32,000 bases of DNA from Candidatus Methylomirabilis oxygeniifera (GCA_000091165.1 FP565575.1:1620001-1652000), one strand, 5' to 3'. Counted from the first letter of the stretch, positions 16,321-25,409 are shown. Numbers and translations are program-made. The notes: generated by a model not told the origin, from the letters alone.

Positions 16321-17583
16321 TTGATGGATAGATTGGCGATGAGAATCTCGAAACTATCTGCACTGCTTGCTCTATTCGTATGTTCGATGAGTACGCCTAT
16401 TTTTGCTGAATCCCAGACTGCAACTCCTCCACGAATGCTCTCGCTGGCCGACGCCTTACAGATCGCAGGGCAACATAACCCCGGTCTGCTGACAGAGACG
16501 ACAGCTAAGCAGATTGCACGTGGAAATGCTGCCACCGCCGCGCTGCTCTCTAATCCACAGGTTCTGCTCAGATCTGAAGGGTTTCGCGGGGGCTCATTTG
16601 TGGATCGACAGGAGCTCTTTTTTGAGGTCAGCCAGGAGATTCAGACAGCCGGTAAGCGCTCCCAGCGAATAGCCGTCGCAGGGGCGAATCTTCGCGCGAC
16701 CGAAGCCGACGTCGACAATACGGCCCGCCTTCTCAGGTTCGCGGTCAAGCAGGCGTATTTCCAGATCGTCCTGGCCAAGGCCGATCTTGCCGTGGCCCGC
16801 GACCTGCTGACCGACTTCGACCGGACTATTCGCTCCAAGGAGGAGCAGTTCCGGCTCGGAGAGATTTCCGGAGCGGAGCTGAGGCGTGTGCAGGTTGAGC
16901 GCTTCAGGGTGTTCGACGACGTCGTCGCCGGAGAGCTGAATCTCAAGCAGGCCAGAGCCTCGCTGCTCACGCTGCTCGGCCACCATGACTCGACATTCGA
17001 ATTTGATGTCACCGAATATCTCGTCAAAGGTGAACCTGTCGGCGGTCTGGCGCCATTGCATGTCGAGGCGCTGCAGAGCCGCCCGGACCTTAAAGCCCAG
17101 CATCAGCGGATCGACCGGGCTCGTGAACAGACCAGGCTCGAACAGGCGCAGCGCTTCCCGGATCTGTTTCCCTTCGTAGGCTACAAGCGGAACTTCAGTG
17201 AGGACAGCGTATTATTTGGCGTCTCGGCCCCCCTACCCCTCTTTAATAGAAATCAGGGAGGCGTCGTTCGGGCTCAGGGGGAAGAGGAGCGAGAAGCGTT
17301 CCAGCTCAGGCGGATTGAGGCCCAGGCGCTCCTGGAGGTCGATCAGGCTTTTAACAGGTTTGAGAGTGAACGCCGGCGTCTCGAAGGACTGGAAACCGAA
17401 TATCTGCCCAAGGCCCGCGAATCGCGGGAGATTGCCGAGGCTGCGCACAAGCTGGGAGCTATCGATTTGACGGCGTTTCTGGATGCGCAGCGGACCTTCC
17501 GTGAGGTCCAACGGCTCTACAACCGCTCCCTGTACGAACTGAGCATCGCCAGATTTCAAGTCGAAGCGGCCGTCGGCCGCTAG
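16321..17583 (+). CDS. Outer-membrane efflux protein (TolC family, CzcC/CusC-like)
   Basis: 420 aa with a signal peptide and the two-repeat OEP architecture. It is the first gene of a C-B-A RND triplet. Confidence 0.85.
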   Translation: MMDRLAMRISKLSALLALFVCSMSTPIFAESQTATPPRMLSLADALQIAGQHNPGLLTETTAKQIARGNAATAALLSNPQVLLRSEGFRGGSFVDRQELFFEVSQEIQTAGKRSQRIAVAGANLRATEADVDNTARLLRFAVKQAYFQIVLAKADLAVARDLLTDFDRTIRSKEEQFRLGEISGAELRRVQVERFRVFDDVVAGELNLKQARASLLTLLGHHDSTFEFDVTEYLVKGEPVGGLAPLHVEALQSRPDLKAQHQRIDRAREQTRLEQAQRFPDLFPFVGYKRNFSEDSVLFGVSAPLPLFNRNQGGVVRAQGEEEREAFQLRRIEAQALLEVDQAFNRFESERRRLEGLETEYLPKARESREIAEAAHKLGAIDLTAFLDAQRTFREVQRLYNRSLYELSIARFQVEAAVGR

Positions 17584-17595
17584 GGGCATACGATA

Positions 17596-18858
17596 ATGGT
17601 CTATCTATTAGTTGGGCTCGCACGTCGCGTTACTTTTTTACCGATCGTCATTGTTGCCGTCGCCATACTGGGCGCTTGCAGCCGCGCCCCAGAACAAAAA
17701 CCGGCAGCGCCCGCGAGTAAACCTGAGCCGGACACGGTCACGATTTCGACCGAGGCTCAGGTTAGGTTCGGCTTTGCCGTCGCCCGGCCGCAGCGGATAA
17801 CGCCGGTCCGATTCATTGAAGCCACAGCCGCCATCGCGCCGGATCCGGCGCGCGTAAGCCACATCGCGCCGATCGCCAAGGGGCGAATCGAACGAGTCTA
17901 TGTGCAGGTCGGCGATGCCGTGAACCAGGGGACCCCCCTTTTCGGGTACGACAACATCGAACTGGGGGAGGCCATTGGGGACTATCGGGGTGAGCTGGCC
18001 GAGTTGCAGAAGGACCTCGCCCTCATGGAACACCACCGGGAGATGTGGGAACGTGCCAAGTTGCTGTTGGAAAAAGAGGCGATAGCCCGCAAAGAGGTCC
18101 ACATACGAGAAACGGAGTACCTGGTGGAAAAAGCAGCGGTCGAGAGCCGGTACGCCAGGATTGCCAGGGCGAGGGAGAAGTTGATTCGCTTCGGGATGAC
18201 GAATGAGCAGATCGAGGGTCTGGTGAACAGGCAAGAGCGCGCTCTGCCCCCTGAAACCTCGCACACAATTGTCAGAGCGCCGATCAGCGGTGTCATCATC
18301 AAGCGAGAGGGGGCGCCTGGCGAGGTGGTCGGGCCCGAAAAAGAACTATTGGCGATCGCCGACCTCACGAGTATCTGGACGCTGGTGGACATTTATGAGA
18401 AGGACCTGGGCCAAGTTCGACGTGGGACGGCCGCAGAAATCAACGTTGAGGCGTACCCGGGCGAAACCTTTCGCGGCACCATCAGCTACGTCAGTGATCT
18501 CCTCGATCCCGACACGCGGACAGCCAAGGCGCGAGTGGAGATCCCCAACCCTCAACGCAAATTGAAGCTCGGAATGTTCGCGACCGTCAGGCTTCGGGCC
18601 CGGGTTGCCGATGGAACAGAGGCGGTGACGGCGATTCCCTCAACGGCCATTCAACAGATCGATGGACAGCCGTCGGTATTTGTCAAACTTAACCCGACAA
18701 CCTTTCAGCGACGGAAGGTGAAGCTTGGCCCTGCATCGGGGGACCTCGTTGAGATTGCCGAAGGCCTGAAAGAGGACGAACAACTGGTGACAACGGGCAG
18801 TTTCACACTGAAATCCGAGTTCCTCAAGGAACAACTCGCTCAGGGGGAGGGTCAATAA
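17596..18858 (+). CDS. RND efflux periplasmic adaptor (membrane fusion protein, CzcB-like)
   Basis: It has a lipobox-like ILGAC, coiled-coil hairpin segments and beta-barrel/MP domains (APISGVIIKREGAPGEVV, FATVRL). Confidence 0.87.
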   Translation: MVYLLVGLARRVTFLPIVIVAVAILGACSRAPEQKPAAPASKPEPDTVTISTEAQVRFGFAVARPQRITPVRFIEATAAIAPDPARVSHIAPIAKGRIERVYVQVGDAVNQGTPLFGYDNIELGEAIGDYRGELAELQKDLALMEHHREMWERAKLLLEKEAIARKEVHIRETEYLVEKAAVESRYARIARAREKLIRFGMTNEQIEGLVNRQERALPPETSHTIVRAPISGVIIKREGAPGEVVGPEKELLAIADLTSIWTLVDIYEKDLGQVRRGTAAEINVEAYPGETFRGTISYVSDLLDPDTRTAKARVEIPNPQRKLKLGMFATVRLRARVADGTEAVTAIPSTAIQQIDGQPSVFVKLNPTTFQRRKVKLGPASGDLVEIAEGLKEDEQLVTTGSFTLKSEFLKEQLAQGEGQ

Positions 18859-18876
18859 TCCCCGGAAGGATCTTTC

Positions 18877-21800
18877 ATGCTCCAGCGTATTTTTGAGCTG
18901 TCTCTGGAGAACCGGTTTCTTGTTCTGATCCTCACCGGTCTCCTTATCCTGGTGGGCATTGTCGCCTTGCGTGACCTGCCGATCGACGCCGTCCCGGACG
19001 TCACGACGGTGCAGGTTCAGATTCTGACCAAGACGGCGCCGATGGGTCCGGTAGAGGTAGAGCGCTATGTCACCTTCCCGATTGAGGCGGCCATGAGCGG
19101 CCTGCCGGATTTGGAAGAACTGCGCTCGGTGAGTCGATTCGGTCTGTCGGCCGTGACCGCGGTGTTCAAGGACCACGTCAACGTCTACTTTGCCCGGCAA
19201 CTGGTGGCCGAACGGCTGGCAACCGCCAAAGAACAGATTCCCTCCGGCTTCGGGACGCCTGAACTCGCGCCGGTCACGACGGGGCTGGGCGAGGTGTATC
19301 AGTTCGTGGTCAAGGGCGAAGGGTATACGCCGATGCAACTGCGCGAGATTCTCGATTGGCAGATCGCCTACAGGCTGCGCGCGGTCCCTGGCGTCGTAGA
19401 GGTCTCGCAATGGGGCGGGTATGCGAAGCAGTACCACGTGGTTGTAGACCAGAGAAAACTTGTCTCATATCGAATTCCTATCGGTCGGGTGTTTGAGGAG
19501 CTTGAGAAGAATAACGCCATCGCCGGCGGCGGTTATATCGAGCACAACAGCGAGGCCTATGTGATTCGAGGCGAGGGACTGGTTGAAACTCAGGAGGACC
19601 TCTCTCGCATCTTGGTCGGTACCGGACCGGGCGGCACACCCATTACAATGGCGCAACTGGGTCAGGTGAAAATCGACAGCATGCCGCGGATCGGCGCTGC
19701 CACGCAGGACGGCGTCGGTGAAACGGTCGTCGCTATGGCGCTGATGCTTCGCGGCGGCAACGGCCGCGTCGTAGCCGAGCGGATTAAAGACGAGGTCGAG
19801 CGGATGAAGCCGAGTCTGCCGCCCGGGGTCTTCATTGAGCCATACTACGACCGATCAGACCTTGTGAACAAGGTCATCCGAACCGTCACCACCAATCTGA
19901 TCGAGGGGGCGCTCTTGGTAATCGCGGTGTTGCTCCTCTTGCTCGGCAACCTCCGAGGCGCTCTGATCGTCGCCGCAGCGATCCCTCTTTCGATGCTGGT
20001 GGCCTTCACGGGAATGGTCCAGACAGGGATCTCAGGCAACCTCATGAGCCTGGGCGCGATCGATTTCGGACTGATCGTGGACGGCACGGTGGTGATGATT
20101 GAAAATATCGTCCGGCATCTGGCGGAAGCGCGAGGGGTGCGGAAAGCGGAACGTCCCCTCATTATCCTCCGAGCCGGGCGGGAGGTCCTGCGGCCGATCT
20201 TCTTCGCCGTCAGCATTATCGTCATCGTCTACCTGCCGATTCTCACATTACAGGGCGTCGAGGGGAAGATGTTCAAGCCGATGGCGTTCACGGTCATCTT
20301 CGCGCTCCTCGGATCGCTGATCTTGTCGTTCACCCTCATGCCGGTCCTGGCTTCGCTGTTTCTGCGAGGACCGATTGCTGAGGGCGATTCGTGGCTGCTG
20401 CGCCGGGTCAAGATCCTGTACCTGCCGCGACTGGCTTGGTGCGTCCATCACCCGAAGATGACGGCCCTTGTTGCGGCATCGGCCTTTACCCTCAGCCTCG
20501 TGTTTGTACCGTTCCTGGGCGGGGAGTTCATTCCGCAACTCGATGAGGGTGACCTGGTGTTGCAAACCTGGCGTCTACCGAGTACTGCCTTGAACCAATC
20601 CATCAAGGACTCCCTTGAAATTGAACGTGCCCTCCTCCGTTTTCCTGAGGTGCGACAGGTCGTGTCGAGGATCGGGTCGCCGGAAATCGCGACCGACGTC
20701 ATGGGAATGGACATGTCCGATGTCTTCGTGGCCCTCCGACCGCCGCGGGCGTGGAAGACCGGCATGACCAAAGAGCAGTTGATCGACCAGCTTGCCGCAG
20801 CCCTCGCGTCTGAGGTTCCCGGCGTGGGGATCAGCTTTACCCAGCCCATCGAGATGCGTTTCAATGAATTGATCGCCGGCATCAAATCCGATCTTGGACT
20901 CAAGATTTTCGGTGACGATCTCAAGATTCTCAAGGAAAAAGGGGACCAGGCGGCCCACATTCTGCGACAGATCCGTGGGGGCGAGGATGTCCGGGTCGAG
21001 CAGGTGGCCGGCCTCCCGGCGCTGCGGATCCAGGTCGACCGGCGACGAATCGCCAGATACGGAATCAACACAGCGGATGTCCTAGCCGCTGTGGAGGCTG
21101 CCGGCGCCGGGAGGGTGGTAGGAACGGTCTTTGAGGGGCAGCGGCGATTTCCTCTGGTCGTTCGAGCGGTCGGCAGCGGCCGTACTGATCTGCCTTCTTT
21201 CCAGGACCTGCCCGTTGCCGCCCCAAATGGCGCCCTCATCCCTCTTGCGCAACTGGCCTCCGTCAACATCGAGGAGGGTCCGGCCCAAGTGAGCCGTGAA
21301 GATATCAGTCGGCGGATCGTCGTAGAAGCCAATGTCAGAGGTCGCGACCTGAGCTCGTTTGTACGCGAGGCGCAAGACCGAATTGCCAAAGAACTCACGC
21401 TGCCTCCTGGCTATCATATTAAGTGGGGCGGGCAATTCGAAAACCTGGCGCGGGCAACCAGTCGCCTCGCCATCGTCGTTCCTCTCTCGCTGTGCCTGAT
21501 CTTTGTCCTGCTGTACACCACCTTCAATGCAGTCCGACCCGCCCTGCTGATCTTTTTGAACGTTCCACTGGCGGTAACTGGGGGAGTTCTCGCATTGGCC
21601 TTACGCGGACTACCGTTCAGCATCTCTGCGGGAGTGGGTTTCATTGCCCTGTTCGGCGTCGCCGTCCTGAACGGCGTGGTACTAATGAGTTACATCCTAC
21701 ACCTTCGCGAGGAGGGGCTCTCGGCGAGCGATGCCGCGTTTAAGGCCGCCGAGATCCGTCTGCGGCCGGTCTTGATGACCGCCCTTGTCGCCGGCCTCGG

Positions 21801-21960
21801 GTTTATTCCGATGGCGCTGTCCCATGGCATCGGCGCCGAGGTCCAACGTCCGCTGGCTACCGTCGTCATCGGCGGCCTCGTCACATCCACCCTACTGACA
21901 CTCTTCGTCCTCCCGAGCCTCTATCGCTGGTTTGAACGTGAACCCGCAGACGCCGCCTAA
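18877..21960 (+). CDS. czcA: Heavy-metal efflux RND pump, CzcA/CnrA-like (divalent-cation type)
   Basis: 1027 aa with 12-TM RND topology. The TM4 motif is SLGAIDFGLIVDGTVVMIEN (nt ~20056-20106). This is the DFG..DG..EN signature of divalent HME-RND pumps. It is not the A-x-G..DAA form of CusA. Confidence 0.9.
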   Translation: MLQRIFELSLENRFLVLILTGLLILVGIVALRDLPIDAVPDVTTVQVQILTKTAPMGPVEVERYVTFPIEAAMSGLPDLEELRSVSRFGLSAVTAVFKDHVNVYFARQLVAERLATAKEQIPSGFGTPELAPVTTGLGEVYQFVVKGEGYTPMQLREILDWQIAYRLRAVPGVVEVSQWGGYAKQYHVVVDQRKLVSYRIPIGRVFEELEKNNAIAGGGYIEHNSEAYVIRGEGLVETQEDLSRILVGTGPGGTPITMAQLGQVKIDSMPRIGAATQDGVGETVVAMALMLRGGNGRVVAERIKDEVERMKPSLPPGVFIEPYYDRSDLVNKVIRTVTTNLIEGALLVIAVLLLLLGNLRGALIVAAAIPLSMLVAFTGMVQTGISGNLMSLGAIDFGLIVDGTVVMIENIVRHLAEARGVRKAERPLIILRAGREVLRPIFFAVSIIVIVYLPILTLQGVEGKMFKPMAFTVIFALLGSLILSFTLMPVLASLFLRGPIAEGDSWLLRRVKILYLPRLAWCVHHPKMTALVAASAFTLSLVFVPFLGGEFIPQLDEGDLVLQTWRLPSTALNQSIKDSLEIERALLRFPEVRQVVSRIGSPEIATDVMGMDMSDVFVALRPPRAWKTGMTKEQLIDQLAAALASEVPGVGISFTQPIEMRFNELIAGIKSDLGLKIFGDDLKILKEKGDQAAHILRQIRGGEDVRVEQVAGLPALRIQVDRRRIARYGINTADVLAAVEAAGAGRVVGTVFEGQRRFPLVVRAVGSGRTDLPSFQDLPVAAPNGALIPLAQLASVNIEEGPAQVSREDISRRIVVEANVRGRDLSSFVREAQDRIAKELTLPPGYHIKWGGQFENLARATSRLAIVVPLSLCLIFVLLYTTFNAVRPALLIFLNVPLAVTGGVLALALRGLPFSISAGVGFIALFGVAVLNGVVLMSYILHLREEGLSASDAAFKAAEIRLRPVLMTALVAGLGFIPMALSHGIGAEVQRPLATVVIGGLVTSTLLTLFVLPSLYRWFEREPADAA

Positions 21961-21993
21961 TCCTCCGAGATATTTGTTAAATCCACTGAAGGT

Positions 21994-22086
21994 TCATTCC
22001 CCGCGGCTTGCCGCGAGTTCGTCATACCGGCGAAAGCCGGTATCCAGAAGGCCCCACTGGATTCCGTGTCAAGCACGGAATGACGG
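21994..22086. repeat. REP/MITE-like nested palindromic element
   Basis: Two hairpins are present, cgtcataccggcgaaagccggtatccag and ggattccgtgtcaagcacggaatgacg, and they are imperfect inverted copies of each other. The antisense translation gives the WIPAFAGMT artefact peptide typical of such repeats. Confidence 0.6.
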
Positions 22087-22143
22087 GCCAGAACAGAAGA
22101 CGATACCCAGCGGTTTGCCGAGGGGTCGTTCATTCTTTTTCGC

Positions 22144-22173
22144 TTGACAGCAGTAATCAGGCTTCGATAGCCT
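22144..22173 (+). promoter_or_regulatory. Candidate sigma70 promoter for small protein A and the copCD module
   Basis: TTGACA (22144-22149), an 18-nt spacer, then TAGCCT (22168-22173). The geometry matches the candidate at 15742. This is a motif match only. Confidence 0.3.
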
Positions 22174-22230
22174 ACAAATAGTTGGGAAACAGGCCAAAAC
22201 CGGTAGGCGAAACAGGGTGTATATCCTAAC

Positions 22231-22566
22231 ATGCAAAGATTACATCAAAAGTCCGTAATTCGCCTGCGCCTCAAAACCTTGGCGGCTGCGTCGTTCGGCT
22301 TTTATCTGCTTCTCAACGCCTTCCTCACGCACTGCCTCATCAACCCTCACAACGCACACTTACAAGGCCAAGCCACTACTAGTCCTCTCGCCTCGCTCTG
22401 TGCGTGGGTCCATAAGACCGTTTCGCCTCATACGCCATCAGTCGGATTGATTCTGCCCATAATTGCGGCGGCTCTGTTCATCGTGGCGGCGCCCCTGCAG
22501 CGCTCTTCCCAATTCCAACCCATCAAGCCTATCGGTCGGTCCCCGCCCCAGCTCTGCTTCGTGTAA
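22231..22566 (+). CDS. Small two-helix membrane protein with His/Cys motif and C-terminal GRSPP tail (paralog A)
   Basis: 111 aa. It is a paralog of the 26248 ORF, with roughly half of aligned residues identical by eye. Shared blocks are YLLLN.FL..CL..PHN.HLQGQ, C.WVHKTVSPH.PS and GRSPP. Differences inside the conserved blocks are mostly synonymous. Confidence 0.72.
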   Translation: MQRLHQKSVIRLRLKTLAAASFGFYLLLNAFLTHCLINPHNAHLQGQATTSPLASLCAWVHKTVSPHTPSVGLILPIIAAALFIVAAPLQRSSQFQPIKPIGRSPPQLCFV

Positions 22567-22680
22567 TCCCTTTCAACCGACGGCTTCGCCGTCTACCAAG
22601 CACTGATAGCAGTTAGAGATTTTTCGGGCGACGCATCAACACATTCAGTATCGTAGCCCTGTTTGCTGGTTAATAAGTCT

Positions 22681-22778
22681 CCCGTGTCATTGCGAGGCGA
22701 AGCCGAAGCAATCTCGCAGTCCTCCAGAACAACAACGATGAGATTGCCGCGCTCCCTTCAGTTGCTCGCAATAACGGG
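22681..22778. repeat. REP/MITE-like palindromic element
   Basis: The arms are cccgtgtcattgcgag (22681-22696) / ctcgcaataacggg (22765-22778), with an internal hairpin gcgaggcgaagccgaagcaatctcgc. Confidence 0.55.
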
Positions 22779-22846
22779 TCAGTGAGTGGCGTAGTCTCGG
22801 GGCAAACGTTCATGTCGGGATCGTAAGTCCACATTCGGGAGGGAAG

Positions 22847-23833
22847 ATGATGCGTCAACGAACCGGTTGGCTCAGTATACGCTTATTGTTATTAGGTATT
22901 GCCGTTGTGATCGCGTTGCCGACCGCCGGGTGGGCTCACGGCGTCGTAGGCAAGCGGTGGTTCCCGTCTACGTTGGCAGTCGAAGACCCGTTCGTCTCTG
23001 ACGAGTTAAGTACCGTGGTTGAACACATTAGAGACCCTCACGCCCTGGAGACTGAGATCGAGATGGAGCTGACCAAGCGGCTGACCCCGAATCTGGCGAT
23101 TGGGATCGGCGGCACACGCAGCATCATCAGACCTCGCGGTGGACACGGCGAAGAAGGCGAAGAACATGAGCATGGAGAGGCGACCGGAACGTCTCATGGC
23201 TGGCAAAATCCGGAGTTTATGCTCCGCTACCAGTTCATTCGGGACCCGATGCGAGAGCTGGCCGCTACTGCTGCTATCAATGTATCGCCTGGCGGCGTCG
23301 GTAACAGGAGTGTCGGCAGGCTCTCCGGGACTACCGTCAGCCCGGCCATTCAGATCGGCAAGGGATTTGGCGATCTCCCGGACTGGGCCGACTGGTTCAA
23401 GCCGGTTGCGGTGACCACATCGGTCGGTTTCGACCTGCGCACGAATCGCAACGATAGAGAAGAAGACGCCCAGCACGCCTTCGCCTGGGGAGTCACCATG
23501 ATGTACAGTGTTCCGTATCTGCAGTCGTTTGTGAAAGACGTCGGACTTCCTTGGCCGTTCAACCGCGTGTTCCCCATCGTGGAGTTCAATGGGGAAACCC
23601 TCATCAGCGGACCCGAGAAGGGAAGCCACACCGCCTTTGCGAACCCCGGGCTGATCTGGGCGGGGCGGTACATGCAACTCGGAGTCGAGGCGAAAATTCC
23701 CTTAAACAACACATCAGGCAGCAGCGTCGGAGTGTTAGGGATGGTTCATTTCTTCCTCGACGATATCGCGCCTGATATCTTTACGTGGACACCGTTCCAT
23801 GGCGTCTTGGGACCGCAAACACTGCCGAGATAG
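22847..23833 (+). CDS. Putative outer-membrane beta-barrel protein with a His/Glu-rich loop
   Basis: The signal peptide ends AGWA|HG. About 10-12 alternating amphipathic strands are visible (LAIGIGGT, EFMLRYQF, VAVTTSVGFDL, FAWGVTMMYSV, MQLGVEAKIPL, VGVLGMVHFFL). One loop reads RGGHGEEGEEHEHGEATGTSHGW. The stop lies 8 nt before copC. Confidence 0.68.
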   Translation: MMRQRTGWLSIRLLLLGIAVVIALPTAGWAHGVVGKRWFPSTLAVEDPFVSDELSTVVEHIRDPHALETEIEMELTKRLTPNLAIGIGGTRSIIRPRGGHGEEGEEHEHGEATGTSHGWQNPEFMLRYQFIRDPMRELAATAAINVSPGGVGNRSVGRLSGTTVSPAIQIGKGFGDLPDWADWFKPVAVTTSVGFDLRTNRNDREEDAQHAFAWGVTMMYSVPYLQSFVKDVGLPWPFNRVFPIVEFNGETLISGPEKGSHTAFANPGLIWAGRYMQLGVEAKIPLNNTSGSSVGVLGMVHFFLDDIAPDIFTWTPFHGVLGPQTLPR

Positions 23834-23840
23834 CCGGTCG

Positions 23841-24212
23841 ATGGGACCATGGAGCAGCTCTACGGCTTTCGTGATAGGACTGCTCCTGACGGCGACATCG
23901 GCCTGGGGCCATTCCTTCCCAGACCACTCGGAACCGCGAGTGGGGTGGACGGTCACCAAGCCGCCCGCTCAGGTCAGGATCTGGTTCGACGTACCCATTG
24001 AGCCGATCTTCAGCGCCATCAAGGTGGTCGACGTGAACGGGCAGCAGGTGGATAAACAAGACGGACGCGTGAATCCAGCGGACCACACGGTCTTGGAGGT
24101 AAGCCTTCCATCGCTTCCACCCGGAAAATATCGGGTGTTCTGGCAAGTCATTTCGATCGACACTCACCGCACCGAAGGCGACTATCCGTTTACCATTGGG
24201 GCGAGCCCATGA
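23841..24212 (+). CDS. copC: CopC-domain periplasmic copper-binding protein (Cu(II)-site-only type)
   Basis: The signal peptide is cleaved at AWG|H, making His the first mature residue. It has the CopC fold pattern (KVVDVNGQQV..., PPGKYRVFWQVISIDTHRTEGDYPFTI). The D-x-H ligands are present, and the mature domain contains no Met at all. Confidence 0.87.
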   Translation: MGPWSSSTAFVIGLLLTATSAWGHSFPDHSEPRVGWTVTKPPAQVRIWFDVPIEPIFSAIKVVDVNGQQVDKQDGRVNPADHTVLEVSLPSLPPGKYRVFWQVISIDTHRTEGDYPFTIGASP

Positions 24213-25405
24213 CCGACCTGCAGACCATGCTGCCGATCATCGTCCGCTACCTGGGGTTTGTGAGTCTCACGATGTTGGTCGGCGGCTTCGGCTTTGTGTG
24301 CTTGATCCTTCCGCCACGCCTATTATCCCGCGAGGGTTACCAGATCCTGGATCGACATCTTAGTCGGGTACAAGCCGTCTCGATCCTGATTGTGACGCTT
24401 ACGAGCGTAGCCGATCTGATCTTGAGAACCCTAGCGATGAGCGGCGGGAGCCAGGCCACATTGGGCCTCGCCCTTCCGTTGGTTCTTCAGCATACCCACT
24501 TCGGGACGGTGTGGATCATCAGAACCTTCCTGCTGGGGCTGTTGGGCGCGGCCTGGTGGCTCCGGCTGCAGGGGGCGGCCGCACCCTCGCGGTTCGCCTG
24601 GATTGCCGCGATCCCCCGCGTAGGACTGTCAGGCATGACCTGGTGGCTCAGGCTGCTGGGGACGACCGCCAGCCCACAGTTCGCGTGGGCCTCCTTCTTT
24701 GGCGCCTGCTTCGTGGCCCTCACCACGACCCTCTCAGGCCACGCGGCCGACTGGGGCGATCTGGCGGTTCCAGTACTGGTCGACTGGGTTCACCTCATCG
24801 CGATCTCGATCTGGATCGGCGGGCTGTTCACTTTCGGGTTCGTCCTCAAACGTTCCTTGGCGGCGCCGGGCGCGGAGGAGATGGTACGCGCACTCTCGTC
24901 AATCGCCCGGCTTTTCTCCAGGATAGCGGCCGCCTGTGTGGCCGTCTTTCTGCTGACAGGACTCTACAGCACCTGGTTGCAGGTGGGCGCCCTCTCACCC
25001 CTTGTCACCAGTCCATATGGGTGGACTCTTCTGGTGAAGCTGGCGGTTGTGGTACTGATCCTGGCAATCGCGGCGGTCAACCGACTCTACTTTCTTACCC
25101 GGTTAGGACCAAGCGCGACCACTCACGGTCGATTGGCCTTCAGAACAATCCGACGCGTCGGCGGCAATCCACGAGCAGCCAACGAGACCGGAGACGACCG
25201 GCGGATCCGATACCGGTTTTCCCGGTTTGTCCGGCTGGAGTGGATCATGGTAATGATCACGCTGGCCTGTTCAGCGCTTCTCACCCAACTGATGCCGGCC
25301 CGTCATGTACGTCATCTCGAACATCTCAAGCAACATCAGCACAGCGGTAGCCATCCGTCGGCGCACGACACCCCGATAGCAATGCTACCATCAGCGCGAG
25401 AGTAG
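24209..25405 (+). CDS. copD: CopD-family inner-membrane protein (enlarged, with internal duplication and His-rich tail)
   Basis: An ATGA overlap links it to copC. It is multi-TM with CopD-like motifs (HLIAISIWIGGLF). An 87-nt tandem duplication lies at 24552-24725. The C-terminal tail is HVRHLEHLKQHQHSGSHPSAH. Confidence 0.84.
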   Translation: MTDLQTMLPIIVRYLGFVSLTMLVGGFGFVCLILPPRLLSREGYQILDRHLSRVQAVSILIVTLTSVADLILRTLAMSGGSQATLGLALPLVLQHTHFGTVWIIRTFLLGLLGAAWWLRLQGAAAPSRFAWIAAIPRVGLSGMTWWLRLLGTTASPQFAWASFFGACFVALTTTLSGHAADWGDLAVPVLVDWVHLIAISIWIGGLFTFGFVLKRSLAAPGAEEMVRALSSIARLFSRIAAACVAVFLLTGLYSTWLQVGALSPLVTSPYGWTLLVKLAVVVLILAIAAVNRLYFLTRLGPSATTHGRLAFRTIRRVGGNPRAANETGDDRRIRYRFSRFVRLEWIMVMITLACSALLTQLMPARHVRHLEHLKQHQHSGSHPSAHDTPIAMLPSARE

Positions 25406-25409
25406 GTGC

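Noticed and set aside
21957-22232. ORFs translated from the palindromic elements (21957..22232-, 21932..22147+, 22670..22858-, 25763..25960-, 26745..27029-)
   Set aside because: Their 'proteins' are the familiar REP-translation artefacts (…IPAFAGMT…, …LSHWERGRG…, …LLRLRLAMT…). The DNA is better explained as nested hairpin repeats.
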